Assembly (NCBI GenBank): GCA_965203485.1
Contig: OZ241892.1
Coordinates: 3,200,001 to 3,264,000, forward strand
Length of the DNA: 64,000 nt
From: Longimicrobiales bacterium
Lineage (GTDB): Bacteria; Gemmatimonadota; Gemmatimonadetes; Longimicrobiales; Gaopeijiaceae
Reading direction: 5' to 3'
The position numbers and the translations under genes are program-made. Below, in pieces: positions 32,618 through 44,771 of this stretch. The notes under the pieces are model-generated. The model was given only the letters and a program-made list of their open reading frames with translations. It was not told the DNA's origin and did not search any database. The stretch's first letter is position 1, and each line of letters opens with the position of its first letter.

Positions 32618-32998
32618 ATGGCCAAGACCAAGCCCGGCCAGAGCGATGAGGACGCGACCCTGGGAGGGTACATGTCCGTCCACAGCCGTCCCCCGGCGTT
32701 CGAGGGATGCGACGGGCAGCCCTACACCGTGTCGATCGAGACGGAGCGGTCGGCGGACCTCCGGGCGCCCGTTGCGGGCTACTTGGTCTTTCCGAAGTGG
32801 GCGTCGTCCGGGCTGGGAATCGTCGGGCACGTCGAGAGCCCCCTGCTGTGGCGTGGTCCCACGCAGGACGCCGTCACGGCCGAGGCCGGCGGGGCTACCC
32901 TTCGCCAAGTCCAGCAATGGCTGAACGAGGCGATCGTGGCGGCTGTCGGCGGGGACGAGGTTGCGCAGCCGAAGGCCCCGGCGCCGGAGGAGGGATGA
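32618..32998 (+). CDS. Hypothetical protein
   Basis: GAGGAG SD, normal composition, ATGA overlap with queE. Confidence 0.65.
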   Translation: MAKTKPGQSDEDATLGGYMSVHSRPPAFEGCDGQPYTVSIETERSADLRAPVAGYLVFPKWASSGLGIVGHVESPLLWRGPTQDAVTAEAGGATLRQVQQWLNEAIVAAVGGDEVAQPKAPAPEEG

Positions 32999-33690
32999 CG
33001 GACGTCGGGCGAGCCGGAGACGCTGCGCCTCGGACCGTCAGGGTGACCGAGATCTTCCGCTCGATTCAGGGCGAGTCCACGTGGTCCGGCTTGCCGTGCA
33101 CGTTCGTTCGGCTGACCGGTTGCCCCTTGAGGTGCGTCTGGTGCGACACGGCCTACGCGTTTCGCGGGGGCGCCAAGATGGGGTTGGACGAGGTGGTCGA
33201 GGCCGTGCTGCGGTTCGGCGGCACGCTGGTCGAGATCACCGGCGGCGAGCCGTTGGCGCAGCCGGGCGCGGCCGTGCTGGCCGAACGGCTTCTCGACGCG
33301 GGCTGCACGGTGCTGGTGGAGACGTCGGGCGCGATGGACATCGGAGTCTTGGATGCGCGCGTGCACCGGATCATGGACCTGAAGTGCCCCGGCTCCGGCG
33401 AGGACGGGCGCAACCTGTGGACCAACGTGGATCTGCTCACCGAGCGCGACGAGGTGAAGTTCGTCGTGGCAGGAATGGACGACTTCGAGTGGGCCGAGCG
33501 CGTGATTCGTCGGCGCCGGCTGGACGCCAAGGTCGAAGCGGGCTCCCTGGGCGGGTTGCTGGTGTCGCCGGTCTGGGGCCTTCCGCGGCTGGAGGAGCTG
33601 GCAGAGCGCATCCTTGCCAGCGGCTTGCCGGTGCGGTTGCAGACCCAGTTGCACAAGCACATTTGGGGACCCGACCGGGCGGGCGTGTAG
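32995..33690 (+). CDS. queE: 7-carboxy-7-deazaguanine synthase QueE (radical SAM)
   Basis: EIFRSIQGE, CPLRCVWCDT, TGGEP and QLHKHIW. Confidence 0.9.
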   Translation: MTDVGRAGDAAPRTVRVTEIFRSIQGESTWSGLPCTFVRLTGCPLRCVWCDTAYAFRGGAKMGLDEVVEAVLRFGGTLVEITGGEPLAQPGAAVLAERLLDAGCTVLVETSGAMDIGVLDARVHRIMDLKCPGSGEDGRNLWTNVDLLTERDEVKFVVAGMDDFEWAERVIRRRRLDAKVEAGSLGGLLVSPVWGLPRLEELAERILASGLPVRLQTQLHKHIWGPDRAGV

Positions 33691-33728
33691 CGCCGGGGCT
33701 GCACCGGCTCCCTGCGTCCGCTTCAGCC

Positions 33729-34374
33729 ATGTTGCTGTCCCGGCTTCCCCAGGCGCTGGCCGGCCCGCCCGGCGCGATCCCGCCTTCTCCTGCCCGCGAA
33801 CGTTCCCGCGCGAGCGCCGCCGCCGCTCTGGTCCTGCGTCCCCGGACCCGAAGCCGCCCGCGCGTCGCCGCCTCGGACGTGCTCTTGATTCGTAGGGCCG
33901 ATTCGGAACGCGACCCCTGGTCCGGCCAGATGGCGTTGCCCGGCGGACGGAGCGAGATCGCGGACTCCTCGCTCCTCGCCACCGCTGTGCGCGAGACGTT
34001 GGAGGAGACCGGGCTGGACTTGGCGCCCGTCCGTTGCCGCATTGGTCCGCTGCCCCCTTCCCGGCCCGCTTCTCCGCGCGTTCCTCCGGTGACGATCTGG
34101 CCCTTCGTCTTCCGCGCTCCTGCCGCCGCCCGCGCGCGGGTCGCCAGCCCGGAAGTGGCGTCAGTCCACTGGTTGCCCGTGCGGCGCCTCCTGGACCGGA
34201 CCAATCGCGGCATCCACCTGCATCAAGTCCGCGGAGAAGCGCGCTCCTTCCCGTGCATCCGCGTAGGCGGGCGGGTGATCTGGGGCCTCACGTACCGGAT
34301 TCTCGACCGTTTCTTGGCCCTCGCCTTTGCCGGGGCGGGGGTGGCGCCGGCGCCAGGAGGCCCCAACGCGACCG

Positions 34375-34403
<29 letters not shown>
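33729..34403 (+). CDS. CoA pyrophosphatase-like Nudix hydrolase
   Basis: WSGQMALPGG...RETLEETG and IWGLT. Confidence 0.88.
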
Positions 34404-35502
<1,099 letters not shown>

Positions 35503-35640
35503 CGGCCCGCCGTGCGCGCTTGGCCGAGACCGGGGGGCGAAGGGGATCACTGCGAAGCGTAAGGTCATCTGTGGCGTTCGTCTGTTGGTTGGATGCGTCT
35601 TGTGGACATGGTACGGCGATGCGGCTTCCCGGAGTCGGCG

Positions 35641-36804
35641 TCATTTGTCTTGGGCCGGCGGCTCCGAACGGGACACGCGAACGCCGCGCTTGGCGAGTTC
35701 CTCGATGAACAGGGCGGGAGGAAGGGCCTCGTCGGGGGTGCGAACGCCGGGACCGGGCACGTCGCCGCGGGCTTGCAGGAGGGCCGTGACGGCCAAGGCG
35801 AAGCCAGTGGTTCGCGCCATCGCGGTGAGGCCGGTCGCGTGGTCGTAGTGGTCCACCAGGTCGAAACGGACGCGCGCGCGGCGGCCGTCGCGGCGGCCCG
35901 CGGCCTCCACGCGCGCCACGACCACGTCGTCGCCGTGCGGGTTGGTCAAGCGCGGCGTCGCGCGCTCGACGAAGAACTTCCTGGGATTGACCTTGCCGCC
36001 GCGAAAGTCCACGTCGCCGTCTTCCAGGAGGCCCAAGTCGCGGATCGCGCGCATGATCGCGGCGTGGCCAGGGTAGCGCAGCGTCTTGTATTCCAGCCTG
36101 TCGATGCGGTTCTCGTACCGGTTCGGCATCGTCGATACTCCGCCCGCCGTGTGGAACGCCTCGAGGCGGCCGACGGACTCGGGGAACTCGATCTCCTCCA
36201 CCCCCGAGAGCGCCTCCACCTGGGTGCGCTTGCCGCCCGCCAGAACCACGGCGGGCGTCACGTAGTAGTCGAGCACGCCTTCCAGGGAATAGACGATCTG
36301 GTAGCGGAGCGGCGGCTTGGGGTCGCGCGGCAGGCCGCCCACCCACATGCATACCGAATCGGTCGCGTCCAACTCGTCGATGCCCGCTTGCGCGAGCACG
36401 TTCGCGATGCCGGGCGCGAGGCCCGTGTCCGGCACGAGCGACACGTTGCGCCGCCGCGCCCGGGCGTCGAGCGAACGCTGCTTCAGCACGATCTCGGTGT
36501 TGCCGCCCAAGTCCGTGAAGTGGACGTCGGCGTCCACCGCCAGGCGCGCCATGTCGTAGTTGAAGCGGTAGGGCAGCGCGCACAGCACGCCCGTCGCGCC
36601 GCTCATCGCGTCCCGGACCTCGTCTTCGGAGCGAGCGTCCAAGACGCGCGTCCGGAGCCGCTTCCCCAGGAACGGTCTCAGAACGGGATGCGCCTGCGCT
36701 GGGCGAGCGTCGGCCATGGCCACCTCCTCCACGCCCTCGTCGCGCAGCAAGTCGAAGGCCGCCGCCGACCCTTGGGTCCCGCCTCCCAGAACGAGAAACC
36801 TCAT
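35641..36804 (-). CDS. Saccharopine dehydrogenase / lysine 6-dehydrogenase family protein
   Basis: [26 protein letters not shown] and MARTTG. Confidence 0.88.
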   Translation of the reverse strand: MRFLVLGGGTQGSAAAFDLLRDEGVEEVAMADARPAQAHPVLRPFLGKRLRTRVLDARSEDEVRDAMSGATGVLCALPYRFNYDMARLAVDADVHFTDLGGNTEIVLKQRSLDARARRRNVSLVPDTGLAPGIANVLAQAGIDELDATDSVCMWVGGLPRDPKPPLRYQIVYSLEGVLDYYVTPAVVLAGGKRTQVEALSGVEEIEFPESVGRLEAFHTAGGVSTMPNRYENRIDRLEYKTLRYPGHAAIMRAIRDLGLLEDGDVDFRGGKVNPRKFFVERATPRLTNPHGDDVVVARVEAAGRRDGRRARVRFDLVDHYDHATGLTAMARTTGFALAVTALLQARGDVPGPGVRTPDEALPPALFIEELAKRGVRVSRSEPPAQDK

Positions 36805-39467
36805 GGCCGCGGAGTCGGCGAGAACAAGTCGCGGTCTTCCCGGAAACGCCCAGCGCGGCTCGGCGGTCGCGGGGTTGCCGGCGGGCCCGCGTCCTCTTCT
36901 TTCGCCGCCCCGCCCTCGCGCGCCAAGTCCGCGCCGGGCGCCAGGCCGGCTTTGGCTCCCGTCGGCAGTCGCTTGTCCGCGGGCTCCGGGGGCTGTCCGT
37001 CCGCGCCGCCGCGGCCGCCCGCTCGGTCTCCGGTCTCCGCCAAGGCGCGCGACACCTCCACGATCCGGTCGCCCGGCTCCAGGGTCGTCAGCCGTCCGGC
37101 CAGGGCCAGCCTCCGCGTCACGGGCACCGAGCCCGCGACGAGCCAGTGCGTGCGCCCCGCGGCAGACACCACCATGACGCCGTCCTCGTCCAGGACCTCG
37201 AGCGCGCCGGCCAGGCGTCCTCCGTCCCGCTCCGGCAGGAGAAGCGCGCCCAGGCCGCCCCTCTTCTGCATCGGGAATTCGTCCATCGCGGTCCGCTTCC
37301 CCCTGCCGTCCTCGGTCACCGAAAGGATCGTCGTCTCGCGGACCAGCACGGCCATCCCCACCACGTAGTCTCCCGGCCGCAACCCGACCGCCTTGACGCC
37401 CTGCGCCCCGCGGCCCGCCACCGGCACCTGGGTCGCCGGGAAGCGTATCGCGCGGCCTCCATGGGTCGCGAACAGGAGCTCGGCTCCGCCGGACGCCAGT
37501 GCCACGTCGAGAATCTCGTCGCCGTCGCGCACTCCCGCGGCGAGGAGTCCCCCCGCCTTGGGACGCGCGTACTGGTCCAGCCGGGTGCGCTTCACCATGC
37601 CTTGCCGCGTCGCGAACACGACGTAGCAGTCCTCGGACAGGTCGTCGGCCGAGACCACGGCGGCGATGGGGTCGCGCGCGGGCGCGTCCAGGAGTCCGTA
37701 CGCCGAGCGTCCCCGCGAAGCCAGCGAAGCCTCGGGCACGTCTTCCAGCTTCAGGCGCCACACCTTGCCGCTCTTCGTGAAGAGAAGCAGCCATCCCTGC
37801 GTCCGGGCCACCACGGCGCGCTCGAGAAAGTCGCCCTCGTAGCGGCCCATGCGAGCCAGCGCCTTGCCCGCCGTCGTTCGGCGCTGGTGAATGTGCACCG
37901 GGATGCGCTTGAGGTAGCGGCGGCGCGAGACCGTCGCCACGACCGCTTCGTCCGCGGCGCCCGACTCCACGGGCGCGGCCGCGTCCTCGTCGCCCGCAAG
38001 GATATGGGTGCGGCGGGCGTCGCCGAACTGCTCCACGACGGCGTCCATCTCGGCGAGCATCGTGGCGAGCTGCAGCGACTCGTCCCCCAAGAGCTTCCGA
38101 AGTTCCCGTATCTCGGCCTCGAGGGCGGCCCTGCGCGCCCGCAGCTCGTCTCCTTCGAGGGCGGTGAGCTTGGCCAAGCGAAGATCGAGGATCGCGCCCG
38201 CCTGCACGTCGCTGAGGCCGAAGGCGTCCTGCAGCTTCTCGGCGGCTTCCGCGCGGTTCGCCGAGCCGCGGATCAGCGCGATGACTTGGTCGATGTCGTC
38301 CAGGGCGACGAGCAAGCCCTCGGTGACGTGGAGCGCCGCGAGGGCCTTCTCCAAGTCGAAGCGAGTCCGGGCGCGGATGACCTCGAGCCGGTGGTCGCGG
38401 AACCGCTCCAGCAATTCCTTCAGCGTGAACTCGCGGGGCTGCTTGCCGCCGTCCAGCGCGAGCAGGATCGCCCCGAACGTGGACTGAAGCGCCGTCTTCT
38501 TGAGGAGGAGCTGGACGATCCGCCCGGCGTCGGCGCCCCGCTTGAGCTCGATCACCAAGCGCACGCCCTCCCGGTCCGATTCGTCGCGCAACCCGGAGAC
38601 GTCCGGCAGGGCGCCCTTGCGCTTGAGTCCGGCGATCTGGTCCACGATGCGGGCCTTGGACGTGGCGTAGGGCAGTTCGGTCACGACGATCTGCCGCCGT
38701 CCCCCGCGCACAGCCTCCGTCACGATGCGGGCCCTCATCGTGATGCGGCCCCTCCCCGTCTCGTACATCTCGCGCAGGCCCTCCGCGCGCGCAACGAAGG
38801 CGCCCGTGGGGAAGTCCGGGCCCGGAAGGTCCTTCATCAAGTCGGCGACGTCGCAGTCCGGGCGCTCCACCAGGGTGCGCAGGGCGGCGGCCACCTCGCC
38901 CAGGTTGTGCGGCGGAACGTTGGTGCTCATGCCGACGGCTATGCCCGCGCTGCCGTTGACCAGCAGGTTGGGGATGCGGGCGGGCAGCACTGTGGGTTCC
39001 TGGAGACGGTCGTCGAAGTTGTCTTCCCACTGCACCGTCTCCTTCTCGATCTCGGCCAGCATCTCGCTCGCCACGGCGGACAGGCGCGCTTCCGTGTAGC
39101 GATAGGCCGCCGCCGCGTCGCCGTCGAGCGAGCCGAAGTTGCCCTGGCCGTCCACTAGCGGATAGCGCAGCGAGAAGTCCTGCACCATGCGGACCAAGGC
39201 GTCGTACACCGCCGCGTCGCCGTGCGGGTGGTACTTGCCCAGGACTTCGCCGACGACGGTGGCGCACTTCTTGTGGTCGCGGTCGGGCTGGAGCCCGAGC
39301 CCGTGCATTGCGAACAGGATGCGCCGGTGCACCGGCTTCAGGCCGTCGCGCACGTCCGGCAACGCGCGTTGAACGATCACGCTCATCGAGTAGTCGAGGA
39401 ACGAGTCGCGCATCTCGGTTTCGATGAGGCGCGAGACGATGCGTTCGCGTTGCTGGGCTAGCGTCAA
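36801..39467 (-). CDS. Type IIA topoisomerase A subunit (GyrA/ParC family; canonical GyrA-box absent)
   Basis: [21 protein letters not shown], catalytic AAAYRYTE, six-blade CTD. Confidence 0.93.
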   Translation of the reverse strand: MTLAQQRERIVSRLIETEMRDSFLDYSMSVIVQRALPDVRDGLKPVHRRILFAMHGLGLQPDRDHKKCATVVGEVLGKYHPHGDAAVYDALVRMVQDFSLRYPLVDGQGNFGSLDGDAAAAYRYTEARLSAVASEMLAEIEKETVQWEDNFDDRLQEPTVLPARIPNLLVNGSAGIAVGMSTNVPPHNLGEVAAALRTLVERPDCDVADLMKDLPGPDFPTGAFVARAEGLREMYETGRGRITMRARIVTEAVRGGRRQIVVTELPYATSKARIVDQIAGLKRKGALPDVSGLRDESDREGVRLVIELKRGADAGRIVQLLLKKTALQSTFGAILLALDGGKQPREFTLKELLERFRDHRLEVIRARTRFDLEKALAALHVTEGLLVALDDIDQVIALIRGSANRAEAAEKLQDAFGLSDVQAGAILDLRLAKLTALEGDELRARRAALEAEIRELRKLLGDESLQLATMLAEMDAVVEQFGDARRTHILAGDEDAAAPVESGAADEAVVATVSRRRYLKRIPVHIHQRRTTAGKALARMGRYEGDFLERAVVARTQGWLLLFTKSGKVWRLKLEDVPEASLASRGRSAYGLLDAPARDPIAAVVSADDLSEDCYVVFATRQGMVKRTRLDQYARPKAGGLLAAGVRDGDEILDVALASGGAELLFATHGGRAIRFPATQVPVAGRGAQGVKAVGLRPGDYVVGMAVLVRETTILSVTEDGRGKRTAMDEFPMQKRGGLGALLLPERDGGRLAGALEVLDEDGVMVVSAAGRTHWLVAGSVPVTRRLALAGRLTTLEPGDRIVEVSRALAETGDRAGGRGGADGQPPEPADKRLPTGAKAGLAPGADLAREGGAAKEEDAGPPATPRPPSRAGRFREDRDLFSPTPRP

Positions 39468-39576
39468 TTCGCTCTCCGTGGCCGGACGGGACGTGGCTGG
39501 CCGCTCCCTCCTGTCCCGCGTAGACGGCGCCGCCGGCCGCTACCCGGCCCGGTTTGGGGCTTTGCGACTTGGGCGC

Positions 39577-40500
39577 CTAGGCGCCGCGAGCGCGATTGCC
39601 GGGAGCATCGAGGGACGGAGCTGAGCGGCGGCCTAATATACGCCCCGGCGAAGGGCCCGCAGGGACCATCGCGCGCTCGAGGACCTTCACCGAGTCCCCC
39701 AGTTGGACGCGCCCGGGGCCGTCGTGGACCGCGTTGAGTCCGAAGTACGCCTTGTCCTCGATCTTGCGGTACCGGGCCAGCGTCCGCAACGGTTCCGACG
39801 CCGAATCGGCTTCGCCGGTGGCTTGGTCGATGGTGGTCACCTTGCAGCGCGCGCAGAGCTTGACGCCCGAGAACGTCACGCCGCCTGCGGAGAAGCGGCG
39901 CCACTGGTCCTCGTCGTGCGGCGGCGCCCCGCGGACGACGACGTTAGGCCGAAAGCGGTCGGCGGGCACGCGCCGGCCGGAGCGGCGGGCCAGCTCTTGG
40001 ACGGCGGCCTCGGTCACCACCAGAACCGGATATCCGTCGGCGAACGACACGCGGCGGCCTTCGGCGAAGGCGGGGTCGGCGAAGCGCATGTCGTCGTCGG
40101 CCATGAACGCGAGGCGGCGTTCGGTGCCCAGCCGTTCGGAGAGCCAGGCGTCGGCCTCGGCGCCGCACGACCGGGCCGCAACTTCGCTGTCCCAGACGCG
40201 CACCCGAAGGGGCGGCCCGCCCGCCGCGAAAGGGACTTGGAGGGGCGGGGCCCCGGGCGCGCTCAGGACCAGGCCGGCGCCGGGCTCCACGCGAGGGACC
40301 AGGCGGGCCAGCCCGGGCGTGTCGCGCTGCGAGCAGAACTGGCCCGCGGGGGTGGCGACGAGCCAGCGCCGGTCGTGGCACGGACCGAAGCGGTCGAAGT
40401 CGAGCGCATCGGCGTCCAGGCCGGCCGCGCCCTTCACCGGATAGATGCGCAGGCGGGCGACTCGAAGACGATCGGTCGCAGCGCCGGCCGGGCCGGTCAC
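39577..40500 (-). CDS. MOSC domain protein (YcbX/mARC-like)
   Basis: IYPVKG, DRRW, FADGYP, RFRPN and CARC. Confidence 0.9.
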   Translation of the reverse strand: MTGPAGAATDRLRVARLRIYPVKGAAGLDADALDFDRFGPCHDRRWLVATPAGQFCSQRDTPGLARLVPRVEPGAGLVLSAPGAPPLQVPFAAGGPPLRVRVWDSEVAARSCGAEADAWLSERLGTERRLAFMADDDMRFADPAFAEGRRVSFADGYPVLVVTEAAVQELARRSGRRVPADRFRPNVVVRGAPPHDEDQWRRFSAGGVTFSGVKLCARCKVTTIDQATGEADSASEPLRTLARYRKIEDKAYFGLNAVHDGPGRVQLGDSVKVLERAMVPAGPSPGRILGRRSAPSLDAPGNRARGA

Positions 40501-40673
40501 GGGACGAAGCGGCCGCGTGGGCGGGCGTCGTCCGAACCGCCAACCGGCGCCTTGACACGAGGGCCGCTCACTTCCAGCGTACCAGACTCGGGAGACGGCG
40601 GCGCGCGCAACGGAGCGTTGCCGTCGCGCCAGGCCCGGCTCGGCAAATACCCCAGCGGCGGCGACCATCCGAC

Positions 40674-40973
40674 ATGTACAAAGCCGTGTTCCAAGTCACC
40701 GATGCGTACGACCACCCGCACGGAGGCCGAATTCTGCGATTGAAGCTGCGGTCGGGCGACGCGCCGAGCGTCAAGGCGCTCAAGAACAAGGTGGTGGTGG
40801 CGAGTTCTCCGGCGGGCGAGGAGGCGCGCCTGCGCGTGTCGAACTTCGCGGTCTTCGGGGGAAAGCCGTCCGACGCGCGCTTGGCGCGGACGGGACGCGC
40901 CGACGTGCTCGTGGAAGGCGACGGGGCGTCCCGGGTGGACGCGGGCTGGGAGGTCTCGGCGGGCAGGGGCTGA
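40674..40973 (+). CDS. Small hypothetical beta-rich protein
   Basis: 99-aa ORF with host-like codon usage filling an intergenic gap. Confidence 0.65.
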   Translation: MYKAVFQVTDAYDHPHGGRILRLKLRSGDAPSVKALKNKVVVASSPAGEEARLRVSNFAVFGGKPSDARLARTGRADVLVEGDGASRVDAGWEVSAGRG

Positions 40974-41013
40974 GCAGTCCGGCGGACGGTGGAGACGGCC
41001 CCGCGGCGCGCGA

Positions 41014-41814
41014 TCAGCGCTGGGCGGGCCCGCGGGCCGCGGTGTTGCCGCGCAGGCCGGGGGGTTCGCGCTCGAACGTGCGGCGAAACCACTCGGCGTA
41101 CTTTTCCGGCGCGTCGGGGTTGTCGGCCAGCCAAGCCCGGCGGGCCTCGACGAACGCGCCCGGCCGCGCCGTGAGGAGGAACGCGTCCAGGAAGCCTCGG
41201 CTCTTCGCGTAGGCGAGTTCGTCCAAGATGCCGTACGGGAAGGCTCCCAGGATGGCGCGGTGGTACAGCCAAGCGTCCGCCACGCGCGCCAGGACGGCCC
41301 GCTCGATCTCGAAGTCGCTTCCGCCTGCCGCGTCGGGAAGCCAGCGGTCCAGCCTGTCCTGCGCGGCCATCAGGTGCAGGTGCGCGTAGATGAGGTAGAT
41401 CGGGGCGGTGCCCGGCGCGCGTTGCGCTTCGATGTGCGCGGTGTCGGCTTCCTCGTTGATCGTCAGCGCGTCCCACGGGTACACGGGTCCTTCGCCGGCG
41501 TCCAGGTTGATCATGAAGGAAGGGTCGAGGCGGATGCTGTCCATCTGCTCGCGAAGCCAAGTGTCCACTTCCCTCATGTGCTCTTCGTCCGCCGTCAACC
41601 GTTCGCCCGAGTGGACCACCAGCCGCCGGGGCGTGGGCAGCTCGCTGGGACCGCCCGCGCCGCAAGCCTGCGACAGCGCCGCGACGGCCAGGGCGCCCGC
41701 GAGCGCCGCCTTCGCCTTCGCATTCCGGAGGCTGGGGGGGACGGAGGGGCGGGCAACGCGGTCGTCGTTCTCGGGGTCCTGCCGGAGGCGCTGGCTCGAG
41801 CGAGGCGTCGGCAT
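41014..41814 (-). CDS. Hypothetical lipoprotein
   Basis: AGGAG SD and signal peptide ending LSQA-C. Confidence 0.7.
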   Translation of the reverse strand: MPTPRSSQRLRQDPENDDRVARPSVPPSLRNAKAKAALAGALAVAALSQACGAGGPSELPTPRRLVVHSGERLTADEEHMREVDTWLREQMDSIRLDPSFMINLDAGEGPVYPWDALTINEEADTAHIEAQRAPGTAPIYLIYAHLHLMAAQDRLDRWLPDAAGGSDFEIERAVLARVADAWLYHRAILGAFPYGILDELAYAKSRGFLDAFLLTARPGAFVEARRAWLADNPDAPEKYAEWFRRTFEREPPGLRGNTAARGPAQR

Positions 41815-41900
41815 GTTCCCCTCCTAGGGATGAGCCGCGGATTCTTGGACGGGCGACGGCCGGGCCAAGCGGCCCCCGTAGCAGTTCGCAACCCTCAAGT

Positions 41901-42119
41901 CTACGAGGATTCCTGCGACGCGGGCGCCGTTCCGGTCTCCCCTGCGTCGCGCCAGCGCAGCATTTCGAACGGACTCCGGCAGTCGTCGCACCAATAGGTC
42001 GCGAGCGAGGCGTGGCTGCCGAAGGCGGACGCCAGACTGGTGCGGCGCCCTCGGCAGTGCGGACAGACGGGACTCTTCGGGAGCCCAGCGGGCGGCCCTG
42101 CGAGCGGCTCGGCGCTCAT
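41901..42119 (-). CDS. Stand-alone PaaD-type zinc-ribbon protein
   Basis: CPHC..RTSL.SAFGS.....YWCDDCRSPFE resembles the C-terminus of PaaD. Confidence 0.75.
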   Translation of the reverse strand: MSAEPLAGPPAGLPKSPVCPHCRGRRTSLASAFGSHASLATYWCDDCRSPFEMLRWRDAGETGTAPASQESS

Positions 42120-42940
42120 TCGACGAACAGGGACCGGTTGCGGTCGCCGCGCGCCCTCTCCACCGCTTCCTCGGCGGGGGAGCCCGGCCCGCGCCGCCGC
42201 TCCGAGTCCCAACCCGCCCGGTCGGGACACGCGTCCTCGAACCGGCGTCCGACCGCGGCCAGCGCAGGGCTCACGCGGTCGGCGTAGCGCTCGCGGACCC
42301 GCTCCTCGGGCCACACCTTGTCGTTCGCGGCCAGCGACTCGTAGAGATCGTCGCCGGGCAGCAGCCAGGCAAGCGTCGAAGGCAGCATGGCGTCCACGCC
42401 CGCGCGCAACCGGTCCGCCCCTTCGCCTCCCGCCGCGGCCAGGCGCTCGAACCACGCGGCCCCAAAGTGGCGATGATGCTCCTCCTCGGCGAGCATCTTG
42501 GGCACGCGCGACCGGGCCAGGGCGAAGCCGCCCGCGCCGAGGCTCTCCAGGGCCGTCTCCAGCGCCCCGTCCACGACGACCACGGCGGCCGTCAGCGCAG
42601 CCCAGTCCGCGAACTCGCCGTCGAGTGCCGGCAAGGAGTAGTAGCGGCCGGCGGGCCGCTCGTGCTCGACCGCGAACGGATCGAAGCCGAAGTCCCGCAA
42701 CATCGAGTAGAGGAGACGCGCGTGCCCCCATTCGTCTTGGGCCATGGACGACGCGGCGATTCCCGTCTCGATCGACGGACTGCCCAGCAGCCAGTCGCTG
42801 TAGCGGATGCCCAGCAGCCGCTTGGAGTCCGCGAGCGAGAGGATGTGGCGGGCGAGGGGGTCGGGGTCCCGCGCGGGCGCCGACGCGCCGTCGGCCGTCG
42901 TGCCGGAAGCGGGCGCCGGGCGGCCGCCGTCGCCGCTCAC
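42116..42940 (-). CDS. paaC: Phenylacetyl-CoA epoxidase subunit C-like
   Basis: LAD..RLLG.R, IAASSMAQDEWGHARLLY and KMLAEEEHH. Confidence 0.8.
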   Translation of the reverse strand: MSGDGGRPAPASGTTADGASAPARDPDPLARHILSLADSKRLLGIRYSDWLLGSPSIETGIAASSMAQDEWGHARLLYSMLRDFGFDPFAVEHERPAGRYYSLPALDGEFADWAALTAAVVVVDGALETALESLGAGGFALARSRVPKMLAEEEHHRHFGAAWFERLAAAGGEGADRLRAGVDAMLPSTLAWLLPGDDLYESLAANDKVWPEERVRERYADRVSPALAAVGRRFEDACPDRAGWDSERRRGPGSPAEEAVERARGDRNRSLFVE

Positions 42941-43275
42941 CTCCGTGCGCCCGTTTCGCGAGCCGGGTCGGCCGGGCCGCGGCCGCCCACGGGGGACTCG
43001 GCCGGCCCAGCCCCCGGACCCGCCCGGACGATGGCCCGGCGCGGCACGACGCACATCTCGAACCAGCTCTCTTCGTCGTACGTCTTCCAGGCGTAGACCC
43101 GGGCCAGCGCCTCCCCGGGCGCGTCGACGCATCCCACGTGCCGGAGCGCGTCGCCCCGCTTCTTGCGGGCGAACACCTCGTACGGCTCTTCTCCCAACGG
43201 GCCCGCCGCCGCACCCGCGCCCTCGGGTCCGCTCGCGCTCCGGCTCCCCGGCGCGCGCTCGTCGCCGTCGTTCAC
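42937..43275 (-). CDS. paaB: Phenylacetyl-CoA epoxidase subunit B-like
   Basis: YEVFAR......HVG.VDAP...LA...A..TY...VVPR. Confidence 0.75.
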   Translation of the reverse strand: MNDGDERAPGSRSASGPEGAGAAAGPLGEEPYEVFARKKRGDALRHVGCVDAPGEALARVYAWKTYDEESWFEMCVVPRRAIVRAGPGAGPAESPVGGRGPADPARETGARR

Positions 43276-43730
43276 GCTCCCACCCCGAACTTGGCCAGCT
43301 CGCGCCGGCCCCTCGGCGTCAGCGACGCCGTAGTCCACGGCGGATCCCAGACCTCGTTGATCTCCACCGACCGCACCCACGGCTCGCGCCCGATGCGGTC
43401 CATCACGTCCTCCTTGATGAAGTCCATGCAGGGACACGCCGTGGCCGTGAACGTCAGGTCGATCCGCGCCGTCCCCCCGTCGAGCTCGGCGTTCCTCACC
43501 AAGCCGAGGTCCACCAGCGAAATGGGCAACTCCGGGTCCAGCACCTCCCCGAGGGCGGCCATCAGGGCCCCCTTGGCGTCCTCCGGCGTCTCGTGGAGCG
43601 GCTCCGACCACCGGTCGCGCCCGCCGGACACGTGCGAAGCCAGAGTCGCCGGCGGCCCGTCCGCGACGGTCTCCCGCTTTGCGCCGGACGCTCCGGAATC
43701 CCCCGCCCGCACCGTCGTCAGGCGAGCCAC
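43272..43730 (-). CDS. DUF59 metal-sulfur cluster assembly protein (PaaD N-terminal-like)
   Basis: VLDPELPISLVDLGLV, TATACP and WDPPWT. Confidence 0.85.
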   Translation of the reverse strand: MARLTTVRAGDSGASGAKRETVADGPPATLASHVSGGRDRWSEPLHETPEDAKGALMAALGEVLDPELPISLVDLGLVRNAELDGGTARIDLTFTATACPCMDFIKEDVMDRIGREPWVRSVEINEVWDPPWTTASLTPRGRRELAKFGVGA

Positions 43731-44677
43731 GCCGCCACGGACTTTCGCGAACGCCGCACCGAGTCGACGTAGACCTCGTTCATCGGACCCCGGCCCTTCC
43801 ATCGCTCGAACACTTGGTCCCACGCGATCTCGCCCTCGTCGAAGAGCCAATGCTTGTCGCCGGGGTCGTACTGGCAAGGGAAGGGATAGTCCAGCACGTA
43901 CTCGTCCCGCGCCTCGTCGTAGTGGGCCGGGACCGACAGCCCCAGCTCCTCGCAGAGCGGCACCGTCGACGACATCCAGACTTGGCGCAGCTGGTCGTTG
44001 GTGAGCCCCTTGAGACGGTAGTCCAGCTGTCCGCTGTGGCGCTTGAGGTCGTCCGGCAAGCCGAACCACTCGATCGTCATCGGGAACATCCAGTCCACGC
44101 AACGCTGCAGCAGCTCGGTGGCGGCTCCGCCGGCCCGGGCCAGGCGGCGCATCCAGACTTCGCCGTGGCGCAGGTGGAACGTCTCCTCCATGTCCACCTT
44201 CACCAGCGCGCGCTTGAGAGGACCGTAGGAGGTGTTGCGATGCACGTCGCTCAACAGCGTGATGCCCGCGCGATCGAAGAACCCGTTGGCGACGACCAGC
44301 TCGGCCCAGTTGTCGAGCGGCTGGTCGAAGCCGTACGGATGCTTGAACTCGTGAGGCTCGCGCCCGTAGACCAGCCGCTCCTTGGAGACGCCCATGTCCT
44401 CCAGCAGGCGGTAGGCGATGTTCGCGTGGGCCAGCTCGTCCTGAATGATGGCGTGCGCGCTCACCTGCGTGTTGGTGGACGGAGCGTGGCGCGCCGCGAA
44501 CCAGTACGCCGGCGCGCTCATCAGCTCGGTGTCGGCTTGCACCGTCAACTGCACGACGATGGCTCTGCGGTATCCCGGCGTCATCTCGCCGGGGGACTCG
44601 AGGACGTGTCCGCCGCGGATCTTGGCCTTCAGGGCCTCTTCGGCAACCAGCTCGGCTTGGGTGTATTGGCGAGGCAT
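43718..44677 (-). CDS. paaA: Phenylacetyl-CoA epoxidase catalytic subunit A-like (diiron)
   Basis: QADTE, APS, QDELAH, SYGPL, EETFH, WFG and NDQLRQ. Confidence 0.85.
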   Translation of the reverse strand: MPRQYTQAELVAEEALKAKIRGGHVLESPGEMTPGYRRAIVVQLTVQADTELMSAPAYWFAARHAPSTNTQVSAHAIIQDELAHANIAYRLLEDMGVSKERLVYGREPHEFKHPYGFDQPLDNWAELVVANGFFDRAGITLLSDVHRNTSYGPLKRALVKVDMEETFHLRHGEVWMRRLARAGGAATELLQRCVDWMFPMTIEWFGLPDDLKRHSGQLDYRLKGLTNDQLRQVWMSSTVPLCEELGLSVPAHYDEARDEYVLDYPFPCQYDPGDKHWLFDEGEIAWDQVFERWKGRGPMNEVYVDSVRRSRKSVAAWLA

Positions 44678-44771
44678 GACTTTGTTCCCCCTAGCTGGCC
44701 CGAGCGCCCTCCATGCCGCGCCGGGCCGACGCCGAAAGCGCCGCCCAGCCGGACCGGGACGCTCCGGCCGG

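Noticed and set aside
32995..33690. queE as part of a Dpd-type DNA modification defence system
   Set aside because: No dpdA/tgt, queC or queD nearby; composition and context look housekeeping.
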